Assembly (NCBI GenBank): GCA_050251875.1
Contig: JBFWMA010000001.1
Span: forward strand, 32,001-96,000
Direction: 5' to 3'
From: Deferribacterales bacterium
Lineage (GTDB): Bacteria; Chrysiogenota; Deferribacteres; Deferribacterales; Geovibrionaceae
DNA: 64,000 bases
The translations under genes were made by a program, and so were the position numbers. The notes under the pieces were generated by a model, which did no database searches, had not been told where the DNA came from, and saw only the letters and a program-made list of their open reading frames with translations. Below are positions 9,876 to 19,373 of the stretch, one piece after another. Each line of letters begins with the position of its first letter. The stretch's first letter is position 1.

Positions 9876-9928
9876 TTGACACCTTTACAGGTTCATGATA
9901 GATACTGCATACTGTATACAAAATACAG
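9876..9928 (+). promoter_or_regulatory. nuo operon promoter with an overlapping candidate operator (four 7-bp NATACWR repeats)
   Basis: TTGACA at 9876-9881, then gatactg-catactg-tatacaa-aatacag at 9901-9928, containing the palindrome TGTATACA. Confidence 0.55.
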
Positions 9929-9937
9929 AGGTGAGGT

Positions 9938-10291
9938 ATGAGTGGATATTTGCCTATAGTACTTTTTCTTCTTGTGGCCGGAGCTCTCGGCATAGTCATT
10001 ATGTTCGTAGGAGCCATAATCAGCCCGAAGAAATATGAGAAGGTTAAATTCAGCGTTTATGAGTGCGGTATGCCCTCGCTGGATGAGAACAGAAAGCGTC
10101 TGAACCTGAGGTTCTACATCATCGCTATGCTGTTTGTGATTTTTGACGTGGAGACAGTTTTTCTGTATCCCTGGGCCGTGGCGTTTGACCTGATCGGCCT
10201 GTTCGGTCTTATCGAGATGATACTTTTCATCGTAATTCTTGTTTTCGGCTATTTTTATGCATGGCAGAAAGGAGCGTTAGAATGGGTTTAA
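9938..10291 (+). CDS. nuoA: NADH-quinone oxidoreductase subunit A
   Basis: [29 protein letters not shown]. Confidence 0.98.
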   Translation: MSGYLPIVLFLLVAGALGIVIMFVGAIISPKKYEKVKFSVYECGMPSLDENRKRLNLRFYIIAMLFVIFDVETVFLYPWAVAFDLIGLFGLIEMILFIVILVFGYFYAWQKGALEWV

Positions 10292-10758
10292 TCGAAAGAA
10301 AATTACCTGACAACGTACTCACTACATCTGTTGATACCGTTATCAACTATTGTAGAAAATCTTCTATCTGGCCAGTGACCTTCGGTCTTGCCTGCTGCGC
10401 TATCGAAATGATGGCCTGCGGCGCGGCAAAGTATGACTTCGACAGGATGGGTATCATTTTCCGTGGTACACCCCGTCAGTCTGACCTTATGATAGTTGCC
10501 GGGACAGTGACAAGGAAGATGGCCCCTGTAGTTAGAAAGGTCTACCTGCAGATGCCCGAACCCAAGTGGGTTATCGCAATCGGAAGCTGCGCGACCAGCG
10601 GCGGTATCTATAACACCTATTCTACAGTGCAAGGTGTTGACGAGATTATCCCCGTTGATTTCTATGTTCCCGGCTGCCCCCCCAGACCTGAAGCGTTCTA
10701 CGATGCCATCGTAGCCCTCCAGCAAAAAATCATGACTGAAAAAGTCATAAGAAAGTAA
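10282..10758 (+). CDS. nuoB: NADH-quinone oxidoreductase subunit B
   Basis: [39 protein letters not shown] at 10282 follows AGGAG. Confidence 0.98.
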   Translation: MGLIERKLPDNVLTTSVDTVINYCRKSSIWPVTFGLACCAIEMMACGAAKYDFDRMGIIFRGTPRQSDLMIVAGTVTRKMAPVVRKVYLQMPEPKWVIAIGSCATSGGIYNTYSTVQGVDEIIPVDFYVPGCPPRPEAFYDAIVALQQKIMTEKVIRK

Positions 10759-10770
10759 GGAGAGGATGCA

Positions 10771-11268
10771 ATGACATTTGAACAGCTTGTCCAAAATCTG
10801 GACGCACAGTTCTCTGGAAAGCTTAACTGCTATACAGAGTACAAGTGCAACTTCATAAAAGTGAAAGACGCTTCCGTTTACAAAGAAGTTCTGAAAGCTC
10901 TTAAAAACGACGCATCTTTCCTGTACATCGTAGATGTAGTTGCCACACACTGGCCCAAAAAGAAAGAGAAGTTCGAGATAACAGTCAACCTGTTCTCTAT
11001 CCAGAACAAGCTCAGAATTTTTGTTAAAGTTGCCGGTGAGGACAACAAATTCCCCTCTATCACAGACATCTGGAAAGGTGCCGACCTGATGGAGAGAGAG
11101 CAGTACGACCTTATGGGCATTATCTTTGAAGGACACCCGAACCTGAAGAGGGTTCTGCTTCCCGAGTTCTTCGAGGGTCACCCTTTAAGAAAAGACTTTC
11201 CGCTTAAAGAAAGAGCCTGGTTCAACAATGCTGATGAGCAGGGTCTCGGTCTTAAGTTTTCAAGGTAG
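10771..11268 (+). CDS. nuoC: NADH-quinone oxidoreductase subunit C
   Basis: ERE.YDLMGI.FEGHPNL.R.L......GHPLRKDFP. Confidence 0.97.
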   Translation: MTFEQLVQNLDAQFSGKLNCYTEYKCNFIKVKDASVYKEVLKALKNDASFLYIVDVVATHWPKKKEKFEITVNLFSIQNKLRIFVKVAGEDNKFPSITDIWKGADLMEREQYDLMGIIFEGHPNLKRVLLPEFFEGHPLRKDFPLKERAWFNNADEQGLGLKFSR

Positions 11269-11277
11269 GGACTGATA

Positions 11278-12459
11278 ATGAGCTATAACAACATTTCAGA
11301 AGTAGTTACCGTCAACATGGGACCTCAGCACCCCTCTACACACGGGGTTTTGAGGCTTGTGGTTGATCTCGACGGCGAAACCATTGTCAATGTGGAGCCC
11401 GATGTAGGCTATCTGCACAGAGGCACTGAAAAACTGGCCGAGAACAGAACATATCACCAGTGTATCCCACTCACAGACAGACTTGACTACCTTTCACCTC
11501 TTTCAAATAACCTTGCCTACTGCCTGGCAGTAGAGAAGTTTTTCGATGTTAAGATACCTGAGAGAGCGGACTATCTCAGAGTAATACTTGCCGAGCTGGC
11601 GAGAGTCGCTTCTCACCTTGTGTGGATCGCTACTCACGCTCTCGACATTGGCGCCATGACCGTTTTCCTGTATGCTTTCCGTGAGCGCGAGGAAATCCTC
11701 GACCTTTTCGAGATCGGTACAGGTCAGCGTATGACCAGCTCCTGGATCAGAATCGGCGGTATCAGAGCCGATATGCCCGAGGAGTTCTTTGTCAGAGCTA
11801 AAGATTTCGTAGAAAGATTCGACAAAAACGTTGATACATACGAAAACCTGCTGACAAACAACAGAATCTGGAAAATGCGTACAATCGGCATCGGTCACCT
11901 TTCCGCTGAAGATGTTCAGGATTACGGAACATCAGGTCCTCTTATGAGAGGATCAGGCGTTGACTTCGACCTGAGACGTGATGAACCCTATTGCTGCTAT
12001 GATAAGTTTCAGTGGGAAATTCCCGTTCAGCCCGAAGGCGATACATACGCAAGATATAAAGTCAGAATGAAAGAACTCCGTGAGGCTAACAAAATCGTTG
12101 GTCAGGCTCTGGAAACACTGCCTGCCGGTTCTGTTATGACAGACGACCCCAGAGTGGCACTGCCCGCTCACGAGGACGTTTATGAGCGCATGGAAGCTCT
12201 TATCAGAAGATTCTATATAGTTTCCAAAGGCTTCAAAGCACCCAAAGGCGAAACATATCAGGGTATCGAAGCTCCTAAAGGCGAGCTCGGATTCTATATC
12301 GTTTCCGAAGGCGAAGAGAGACCTTACAGAATGAAAGTAAGAGCTCCCTCCTATGTCAACCTCGGCGCTCTGAATCATATGGCTAAAGGCCACATGCTTG
12401 CTGACCTCGTTGCCATCATCGGTACAAATGACGTTGTACTCGGTGAGATCGACAGATAA
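11278..12459 (+). CDS. nuoD: NADH-quinone oxidoreductase subunit D
   Basis: NMGPQHPSTHGVLRL, GYLHRG.EK, DRLDY, GEIDR. Confidence 0.98.
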   Translation: MSYNNISEVVTVNMGPQHPSTHGVLRLVVDLDGETIVNVEPDVGYLHRGTEKLAENRTYHQCIPLTDRLDYLSPLSNNLAYCLAVEKFFDVKIPERADYLRVILAELARVASHLVWIATHALDIGAMTVFLYAFREREEILDLFEIGTGQRMTSSWIRIGGIRADMPEEFFVRAKDFVERFDKNVDTYENLLTNNRIWKMRTIGIGHLSAEDVQDYGTSGPLMRGSGVDFDLRRDEPYCCYDKFQWEIPVQPEGDTYARYKVRMKELREANKIVGQALETLPAGSVMTDDPRVALPAHEDVYERMEALIRRFYIVSKGFKAPKGETYQGIEAPKGELGFYIVSEGEERPYRMKVRAPSYVNLGALNHMAKGHMLADLVAIIGTNDVVLGEIDR

Positions 12460-12471
12460 GGGGTGACAAAA

Positions 12472-12978
12472 ATGGCTAACGAAGTAAAGGAAACTGAATC
12501 AGCTAACAAAGAGATCGACTTTACAGCATGCGACGAGATATGCGAAAAGTACAAAGATTGGAAAGGGGCCACAATCCCCGTTCTTCAGCAGGTACAGGAA
12601 GCATACGGCTATCTCTTTTCAGAAATAGTTGAAAGAATCGCCGATAACCTCAATATGTCTGCACACCAGATATATGGCGTTATAACCTTTTACGCACAGT
12701 TCTACACACAGCCCAGAGGAAAATACATAATCAGGGTTTGCAGAGGAACTGCTTGTCACGTACAGGGTTCAGGACGAATCTCAGAAATCGTTAACGAAGA
12801 GTTCCATATTAAAAACGGCGAAACAAGCGCAGACCTTAAGTTCACACTTGAGGAAGTGTCTTGCATCGGCGCATGCGGAATGGCTCCCGTTATCATGATT
12901 AACAATAAAACATACGGCAACCTGAAACCTGAAGAGGCTAGAAAGATCTTCAGGGATTATGCAGAACTTCAGGGGTAG
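12472..12978 (+). CDS. nuoE: NuoE/HydC-like [2Fe-2S] subunit
   Basis: TFY..F, VCRGTACHV, VSCIGACGMAP. Confidence 0.95.
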   Translation: MANEVKETESANKEIDFTACDEICEKYKDWKGATIPVLQQVQEAYGYLFSEIVERIADNLNMSAHQIYGVITFYAQFYTQPRGKYIIRVCRGTACHVQGSGRISEIVNEEFHIKNGETSADLKFTLEEVSCIGACGMAPVIMINNKTYGNLKPEEARKIFRDYAELQG

Positions 12979-12981
12979 GTT

Positions 12982-14769
12982 ATGAGTTACACAACAGATC
13001 ACGTTGAAGTACACGTCTGTATGGGAACTGCGGGAGTTGCTTCCGGCGGACACGAGGTTATGGACGCTCTGAACGAAGAGTTCGAGAAAAGAGGCCTCAA
13101 AAACGCGGAATCAAAAGAACGCAACTGCTCAGCTAAGCAGACAGGATGCAGAGGACTCTGCGCCCGTGACGTACTTATTGACGTTTATATCCCCGGCAAA
13201 GATGCCATTACATACGAACACGTTACCGCTGAGATGGTTCCCACTATCGTTGAGGAACACATCGTTAACGGAAACATCGTAGAAAAATGGGCAGCTAAAG
13301 CCGACTATTTTCAGTTTTACGACAAGCAGAAACGTTATGTTCTTGCTGACTGCGGACGTGTCGATCCTGAGAGCCTTGAAGACTATATCGGTCTCGGCGG
13401 ATATGAAGCCATCAAGAAAGCTCTGACTATGACACCCGAGCAGGTTATAGACGAAGTCAAAAAATCCGGTCTGAGAGGCAGGGGGGGCGGCGGTTTCCCC
13501 ACAGGTCTGAAATGGACTTTCTGCCGTAACAGCCCCGGCGATCACAAATATCTTATCTGCAACGCGGATGAGGGTGACCCCGGCGCGTTCATGGACCGTT
13601 CTATCATCGAAGGTAACCCCCACGCTGTTATCGAGGGTATGCTTATCGCCGGCTATGCTATCGGATGTGACGAAGGCTACATCTACTGTCGTGCGGAATA
13701 TCCCCTTGCTATCGAAAGGGTTATCAAGGCTATTAAAGACGCTGAAAAAATGGGAATTCTCGGAGACAAGGTTCTCGGCACTGACTTCCACTTCAAACTG
13801 AAGCTGAAAGAAGGAGCCGGAGCGTTTGTTTGCGGCGAGGAAACAGCTCTTATCGCTTCTATCGAAGGCGAGAGAGGCATGCCCCGTCCCAGACCTCCTT
13901 TCCCCGCTGTTAAGGGTCTGTGGCAGAAACCCTCTAACGTTAACAACGTTGAGACTTTCGCCAACCTTCCCGGCATCATCCTTAAAGGCTCCGACTGGTA
14001 CGCAGGTATCGGAACAGAGAAGTCAAAAGGTACAAAGATCTTCGCCCTTTCAGGCAAGGTTAAGTCTACCGGACTTGTTGAAGTTCCTATGGGTATTACA
14101 GTACGCGAACTTATTTTTGATGTTGGCGGCGGTATTCCTAAAAAGAGAAAGTTCAAGGCTGTTCAGCTCGGCGGTCCCTCAGGCGGCTGTCTTACACCTG
14201 ATCACCTTGAGACACCTATAGACTATGACTCACTGATCGCGGCCGGAGCCATGATGGGTTCAGGCGGTGTGGTTGTTATGGATGAGACCAACTGTATGGT
14301 TAACGTTGCTCACTTCTTCCTGACATTCACACAGAGAGAGTCCTGCGGTAAGTGTATCCCCTGCCGTATCGGTACCAAAACCATGCTTGATATTCTCGCG
14401 AGAATAACAAACGGTGAGGGCCGCGAAGAGGATATTCAAAACCTTCTGGACATCGGTCAGGATATTAAGACTGCGTCACTCTGCGGTCTGGGTCAGACAG
14501 CTCCGAACCCCGTACTTACTACTATTAAGTACTTCAGACATGAGTATGAGGCACACATCAGGGACAAAAAATGCCCCGCCAGAGAGTGCGCAGAGCTCAT
14601 CGAGTTCGTTGTTGTTGACGACAGATGCAAGAAGTGCGGTATATGCAAAAAAGCATGCCCTGTTGATGCTATCACATGGGAGAAAGGAACAGTCGCTTAC
14701 ATCGACAAGAGCAAATGCGTGAAATGTCGTGAATGTATCGTCAACTGTCCTTTCAACGCAATAGATTAA
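12982..14769 (+). CDS. nuoF: NuoF, long HydB/BfuB-type form with N-terminal thioredoxin-like domain and C-terminal 2x[4Fe-4S] domain
   Basis: GLRGRGGGGFPTG, NADEGDPGAFMDR, GAFVCGEET, GGPSGG, ESCGKCIPCRIG, and two C-terminal CxxCxxCxxxCP motifs. Confidence 0.95.
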   Translation: MSYTTDHVEVHVCMGTAGVASGGHEVMDALNEEFEKRGLKNAESKERNCSAKQTGCRGLCARDVLIDVYIPGKDAITYEHVTAEMVPTIVEEHIVNGNIVEKWAAKADYFQFYDKQKRYVLADCGRVDPESLEDYIGLGGYEAIKKALTMTPEQVIDEVKKSGLRGRGGGGFPTGLKWTFCRNSPGDHKYLICNADEGDPGAFMDRSIIEGNPHAVIEGMLIAGYAIGCDEGYIYCRAEYPLAIERVIKAIKDAEKMGILGDKVLGTDFHFKLKLKEGAGAFVCGEETALIASIEGERGMPRPRPPFPAVKGLWQKPSNVNNVETFANLPGIILKGSDWYAGIGTEKSKGTKIFALSGKVKSTGLVEVPMGITVRELIFDVGGGIPKKRKFKAVQLGGPSGGCLTPDHLETPIDYDSLIAAGAMMGSGGVVVMDETNCMVNVAHFFLTFTQRESCGKCIPCRIGTKTMLDILARITNGEGREEDIQNLLDIGQDIKTASLCGLGQTAPNPVLTTIKYFRHEYEAHIRDKKCPARECAELIEFVVVDDRCKKCGICKKACPVDAITWEKGTVAYIDKSKCVKCRECIVNCPFNAID

Positions 14770-14789
14770 GGCAGAGGAGAGACACAGTT

Positions 14790-17051
14790 ATGGTTACTGT
14801 AAAAATAAACGGAAAAGAGGTACAGGTTCCCAAGAACACACTTATCCTCGAAGCCGCAAAGGAAGCAGGCGTGTCCATACCGACACTCTGCCACGACTCC
14901 CGTCTTAACCCTTTCGGCGCTTGCAGGGTCTGTCTTGTGGAACAAGTCGGCAACCCGAAACTTCAGGCTGCCTGTACTACACCCGTTACAGACGGAATGG
15001 AAATCATCACCCAGTCCGACAAGCTCTCCAGAGTGCGTAAGACAGCCATCGAGCTGCTTCTTATAAACCACCCTCTGGACTGCCCCGTTTGCGACAAGGG
15101 CGGTGAATGTACTCTGCAGGATCTGACATACGAAGTGGGCGTTACAAAAGTGCGTTTTGACGCAAAACCTAACGACACACCCGTTGACCATACTAACCCC
15201 TTCATAGAGAGAGACATCGACAGATGCGTTCTCTGCGGACGCTGCGTCCGTATCTGTGACGAGGTTGTCAACATTCAGGCGATCAGCTTCCTGAACAGAG
15301 GTACTGATACTATAATCGGAACTTCTTTTGAACAGCCCTGGAACTGCGAATACTGCGGACAGTGTATCAGCGTTTGTCCCGTGGGTTCACTGAACAACAG
15401 AATATACCTGTTCAAAAACAGACCCTGGAACCTCGACAGAGTCCAGTCAGTCTGCGGTCTCTGCTCATGCGGATGTACTGTTGACATAGACTATGAGGGC
15501 AACGAAGTTTTCCGTATGAAAGAGAATCCCGAAGAGGGAATCAACCACGGATATATGTGTGCTAAAGGACGTTTCGGATTTGAGTTTGTCAACTCTATCA
15601 AGCGTGAGACTGAAGCACAGGTTAAAGTCGGTGCGGAAGCTAAAAAAGTTTCTTTCGATGAGGCAGTCACTGTCGCAGTTGAGAAACTTAAAAAAGTCAA
15701 AGAAACAGCAGGAGCAGACTCAGTCGCTGTTGTGGTTTCTCCCAGACTTACTAACGAAGAGGCTTTCCTTGCCGCTAAACTCGCTAAAGATGTGATCGGC
15801 ACACAGAACATATTCTCCACAGAGACATCTGAGATACTCCCCGGAGCTACTCTTGAGGAAGTAGAGCAGAGCGACTGTGTGGCAGTGCTGAACATCGATG
15901 TGACAGAAGCCAACCCCATACTCGGTCTTGCCGTGAGACATGCCGCAAGAATGGGCGATGCTCCTCTGGCTGTTTTCTATCCCAGCTTCACTGCTCTGAA
16001 AAGAGTAGCTAAGAAGTTTGTGACAGGAACACCGGACGCTGTCAGAGAGGCTATGGTGAAATACGCAGACGCTGTTGCGGGCGCAAGCAACGAATACAGC
16101 GAGCTGGCTGGAAAACTCACCGCTGCCGAAAGACCTGTAGTGGTTTTCGACCCCTACAACAAAGCGGATGCCGCTCTTGCTCAGAAAATCAGCAAAGCGT
16201 GCGCGAAAGTTAAACTTGTTCCCGCTAAATCAAAGAACAACTCGGTAGGTATAGTAGATATGGGCTGCGGAGCTAAATGCCCCACAGAATTCTCAAAAGG
16301 ACTGGAAGCAGGCAAATTTAAAGCCGTTCTGGTTTTCGGAGAGAACGTATCAGCAAGAACAGTATGGGCTAAGGCAGCATCAAAACTGTCCGGTCTGGAA
16401 CTGCTCCTTGTGACAGACCCCTTCATGAGCGAAACAGCGGCTATGGCGAATGTTTACATTCCCGTTGCCACATTCGCAGAGAAGGACGGTTCTTTCACTA
16501 ACCTCGAGGGACGTGTGCAGACCATCGCCAAAGCAGTGGACAAAGGAGTGAACACAGACGCCTGTGTAGCTTCCGCCATAGCAAAAGGCATGGGTTCAGC
16601 GCTCCCCGCCGATGTTACAGCTGTTAGAAGCATGATAGAGAAGGAAGTTGCCCTGTATTCCAACATAGATTGGAACGGCGGCACTGTTTCCTACCCTTAT
16701 GTTTTTGCAGGTGATATCGCCGCAGAAGACGGCATGGCGAAAGGCAAAGGAAAATTCTTCCTTTACACAGCCAGCCTGAGACTGCACTCCGGTTCTTTCA
16801 CAAGATGGTCTCCCGACCTCGCGAAAGTCTATGGTTCCCCTGTCCTTGAGATAGGCGAAGAAGACGCAAAAGAGCTTGGCCTCGCCAACGGCGATAAGGT
16901 CAAAGTCTCCGGCGAAGGTTTCAGCGGAGAGTTTCCTGTTGAAATAGATAAGAAAGTCACTAAGGGATGCGTGGCGCTCCCCGAAGACTTTACTGCGACA
17001 GCCGGCATTTTCTTCAACGGAAAATGTGTTAAGGCGGATATTGTAAAGTAA
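14790..17051 (+). CDS. nuoG: NuoG (Fe-S domains plus a molybdopterin-oxidoreductase-like fold)
   Basis: IPTLC..GACRVC..ACTT, HPLDCPVCDKGGECTLQD, CVLCGRCVRIC, CEYCGQCISVCP, CGLCSCGC..CAKGRFG. ATG at 14790 follows GAGGAG. Confidence 0.93.
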   Translation: MVTVKINGKEVQVPKNTLILEAAKEAGVSIPTLCHDSRLNPFGACRVCLVEQVGNPKLQAACTTPVTDGMEIITQSDKLSRVRKTAIELLLINHPLDCPVCDKGGECTLQDLTYEVGVTKVRFDAKPNDTPVDHTNPFIERDIDRCVLCGRCVRICDEVVNIQAISFLNRGTDTIIGTSFEQPWNCEYCGQCISVCPVGSLNNRIYLFKNRPWNLDRVQSVCGLCSCGCTVDIDYEGNEVFRMKENPEEGINHGYMCAKGRFGFEFVNSIKRETEAQVKVGAEAKKVSFDEAVTVAVEKLKKVKETAGADSVAVVVSPRLTNEEAFLAAKLAKDVIGTQNIFSTETSEILPGATLEEVEQSDCVAVLNIDVTEANPILGLAVRHAARMGDAPLAVFYPSFTALKRVAKKFVTGTPDAVREAMVKYADAVAGASNEYSELAGKLTAAERPVVVFDPYNKADAALAQKISKACAKVKLVPAKSKNNSVGIVDMGCGAKCPTEFSKGLEAGKFKAVLVFGENVSARTVWAKAASKLSGLELLLVTDPFMSETAAMANVYIPVATFAEKDGSFTNLEGRVQTIAKAVDKGVNTDACVASAIAKGMGSALPADVTAVRSMIEKEVALYSNIDWNGGTVSYPYVFAGDIAAEDGMAKGKGKFFLYTASLRLHSGSFTRWSPDLAKVYGSPVLEIGEEDAKELGLANGDKVKVSGEGFSGEFPVEIDKKVTKGCVALPEDFTATAGIFFNGKCVKADIVK

Positions 17052-17077
17052 TGAAAGTTATAGATAAGAGGTAGGGA

Positions 17078-18037
17078 ATGGTACTCGCGATTGTATTTAC
17101 ACTAATCAAGATACTGATTATCATTGTGTGTACGCTCACCGGCGTTGCCTACATGACCTATGCCGAACGTAAAGTCATCGGTCATATGCAGGTACGCCTC
17201 GGTCCCGTGCACACAGGTCCTAAAGGACTTCTGCAACCCCTGGCCGACGGTCTGAAACTTATGGCGAAGGAAGATATGACACCGGACATGGTAGACAAAC
17301 CCGTGTTCTATGTGGCTCCTTTCCTCGGCATGGTTCCGGGTTTGGCCGCTTTTGCAGTTATACCCTTTAGCGAAAACATATACGTTGCCAACATCAACGT
17401 TGGTCTTCTGTATGTGCTGGCACTGTCCTCAGTAGGCGTTTACGGTATTATCATGTCCGGTTGGGCATCTAACTCAAAATACGCTACTATGGGCTCACTG
17501 CGTTCATCTGCGCAGGTTATCAGCTATGAAACAGCTATGGGTCTGGCGATCCTCGGTCCTGTTCTTCTGGCGGGTTCACTGAACCTGAAAGAGATCACTG
17601 AGGCTCAGAGAGGTCTCTGGTTTATGGTTCCGCAGTTCGTGGCTTTTGTCATCTACTCTATTTCAGCGGTTGCCGAAACCAACAGAGCTCCCTTCGACCT
17701 TCCCGAAGCGGAAACAGAACTTGTTGCGGGTTTCCATGTGGAATACTCCTCAATGAGATTCGCTATGTTCTTCCTGGGCGAATACGCGAACATGTATGTT
17801 GTTGCATCCATGTGCGCAGTTCTTTTCCTGGGCGGATACACAGGACCTCTGCTTCCTCCGCTGGTTTGGTTCCTCATCAAGATGCTTGCGTTCATGTTCT
17901 TCTTCCTGTGGCTGAGAGCTACTCTCCCCAGACTTAGATTTGACCAGCTTATGAATCTTGGTTGGAAAATTCTGATCCCGATAGCACTTGCCAACCTGCT
18001 TATAACAAGCATCGTTGTCTATGCGATCAGGAACTAG
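17078..18037 (+). CDS. nuoH: NADH-quinone oxidoreductase subunit H
   Basis: ERKV...Q.R.GP, GLLQPLADGLKL, AETNRAPFDLPEAE.ELVAGF. Confidence 0.98.
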   Translation: MVLAIVFTLIKILIIIVCTLTGVAYMTYAERKVIGHMQVRLGPVHTGPKGLLQPLADGLKLMAKEDMTPDMVDKPVFYVAPFLGMVPGLAAFAVIPFSENIYVANINVGLLYVLALSSVGVYGIIMSGWASNSKYATMGSLRSSAQVISYETAMGLAILGPVLLAGSLNLKEITEAQRGLWFMVPQFVAFVIYSISAVAETNRAPFDLPEAETELVAGFHVEYSSMRFAMFFLGEYANMYVVASMCAVLFLGGYTGPLLPPLVWFLIKMLAFMFFFLWLRATLPRLRFDQLMNLGWKILIPIALANLLITSIVVYAIRN

Positions 18038-18047
18038 GGGTGATATT

Positions 18048-18542
18048 ATGAAGAACATTTTTGAAACAATCTTCTTTACAGAGATTCTTCAGGGTCTCGG
18101 TATTACCCTGAAACATATGTTCATGAAACCCGTGACATATAAGTACCCCTTTGAAGCGACTCCGATTCAGGACAGATTCAGAGGAGTTCAATATATTAAG
18201 ACTACCGCCGACGGCAGAACAAAGTGCGTTGGATGTTATCTCTGCCAGAAGGTCTGCCCTTCTGAGTGTATACACATCGAAACAGACTGCGGTCCTAACG
18301 GCGAGAGACTTATAAGAAAGTATGAGCTTGATCTTTCCAGATGTATCTATTGCGGATACTGCGAAGAGGTCTGCCCCGTTGACGCTATCCACATGGGATG
18401 GGAGTGGAACACAGTCGCTCCTACAAGAGACAACTATGTCATCAACATGAAGACACTGTCTCAGAACTACAAAGATAACGTGGAAGGCAACTGGAAAAAC
18501 AAGCATCTTAAAAAGAAACTTGTGGAAGGAGTACAGCAATGA
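18048..18542 (+). CDS. nuoI: NADH-quinone oxidoreductase subunit I
   Basis: VT..YP, RFRG, CVGCYLCQKVCP, RCIYCGYCEEVCPVDAI. Confidence 0.97.
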   Translation: MKNIFETIFFTEILQGLGITLKHMFMKPVTYKYPFEATPIQDRFRGVQYIKTTADGRTKCVGCYLCQKVCPSECIHIETDCGPNGERLIRKYELDLSRCIYCGYCEEVCPVDAIHMGWEWNTVAPTRDNYVINMKTLSQNYKDNVEGNWKNKHLKKKLVEGVQQ

Positions 18543-19051
18543 ACGAAATCTTTATGAATATAGGATTTTGGGTGCTGGGCATAACAGCCGTGGTTTCCGC
18601 TCTGTTCATGGTGACCAGAGAGAACCCTGTTCACTCCGCACTTTGGATGCTTCTGACATTCTTTGCTGTGGCAGGCATTTTCATTCAGCTCGATGCTGAA
18701 TACATCGCCGCCATACAGGTTATGGTATACGCTGGAGCCATTCTGGTTCTTTACATGTTTGTCGTTATGCTGCTTAACCCCAAATCGACTGGCTTCATCA
18801 AGATGCCCTTTAAGGTAGTTCTTGGCGGAGTAGTCTCTGTGGTTCTGTTTGTGCAGATACTCATGACTCTCATGGGAACAGGCGTTATCAAATCATCTCA
18901 GCTCGGCAATATTAACTATCCCGAGGGCTTCACCAACGTGAAAGCATTCGGTACAGTAATGTTCACACAATATATCGTACCTTTCGAAGTGGCTTCAGTG
19001 CTTCTGCTTGTCGCTATGATAGGCGCGATCGTGATAGCGAAAAAGGATTAA
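18539..19051 (+). CDS. nuoJ: NADH-quinone oxidoreductase subunit J
   Basis: [32 protein letters not shown]. Confidence 0.97.
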   Translation: MNEIFMNIGFWVLGITAVVSALFMVTRENPVHSALWMLLTFFAVAGIFIQLDAEYIAAIQVMVYAGAILVLYMFVVMLLNPKSTGFIKMPFKVVLGGVVSVVLFVQILMTLMGTGVIKSSQLGNINYPEGFTNVKAFGTVMFTQYIVPFEVASVLLLVAMIGAIVIAKKD

Positions 19052-19061
19052 GGGGGAAACG

Positions 19062-19364
19062 ATGCTGACTTTAGCACATTATCTTGTCCTTAGCGCAATA
19101 ATTTTCAGCATAGGCGTGGCCGGGGTTCTGATCCGCAGAAACCTGATAGTTATGTTTATGTCTCTGGAACTTATGCTAAACGCGGTTAACATCAACCTCG
19201 CAGCCTTTTCCAACTATCTTCAGCAGATGACAGGACAGATATTTATCGTCTTTGTTATGGCTGTTGCCGCTGCCGAGGCCGCTGTTGGTCTTGCTCTGAT
19301 CATTTCACTGTTCAGAAACAAGCAGACCATTAACGCTGATGAAATTAATACAATGAGAGGATAG
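19062..19364 (+). CDS. nuoK: NADH-quinone oxidoreductase subunit K
   Basis: [25 protein letters not shown]. Confidence 0.98.
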   Translation: MLTLAHYLVLSAIIFSIGVAGVLIRRNLIVMFMSLELMLNAVNINLAAFSNYLQQMTGQIFIVFVMAVAAAEAAVGLALIISLFRNKQTINADEINTMRG

Positions 19365-19373
19365 AGGTAGGTT

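Noticed and set aside
14790..17051. NuoG as an active formate dehydrogenase or selenoprotein
   Set aside because: No in-frame TGA, and no recognisable catalytic Cys/Sec-His motif in the molybdopterin-like domain.
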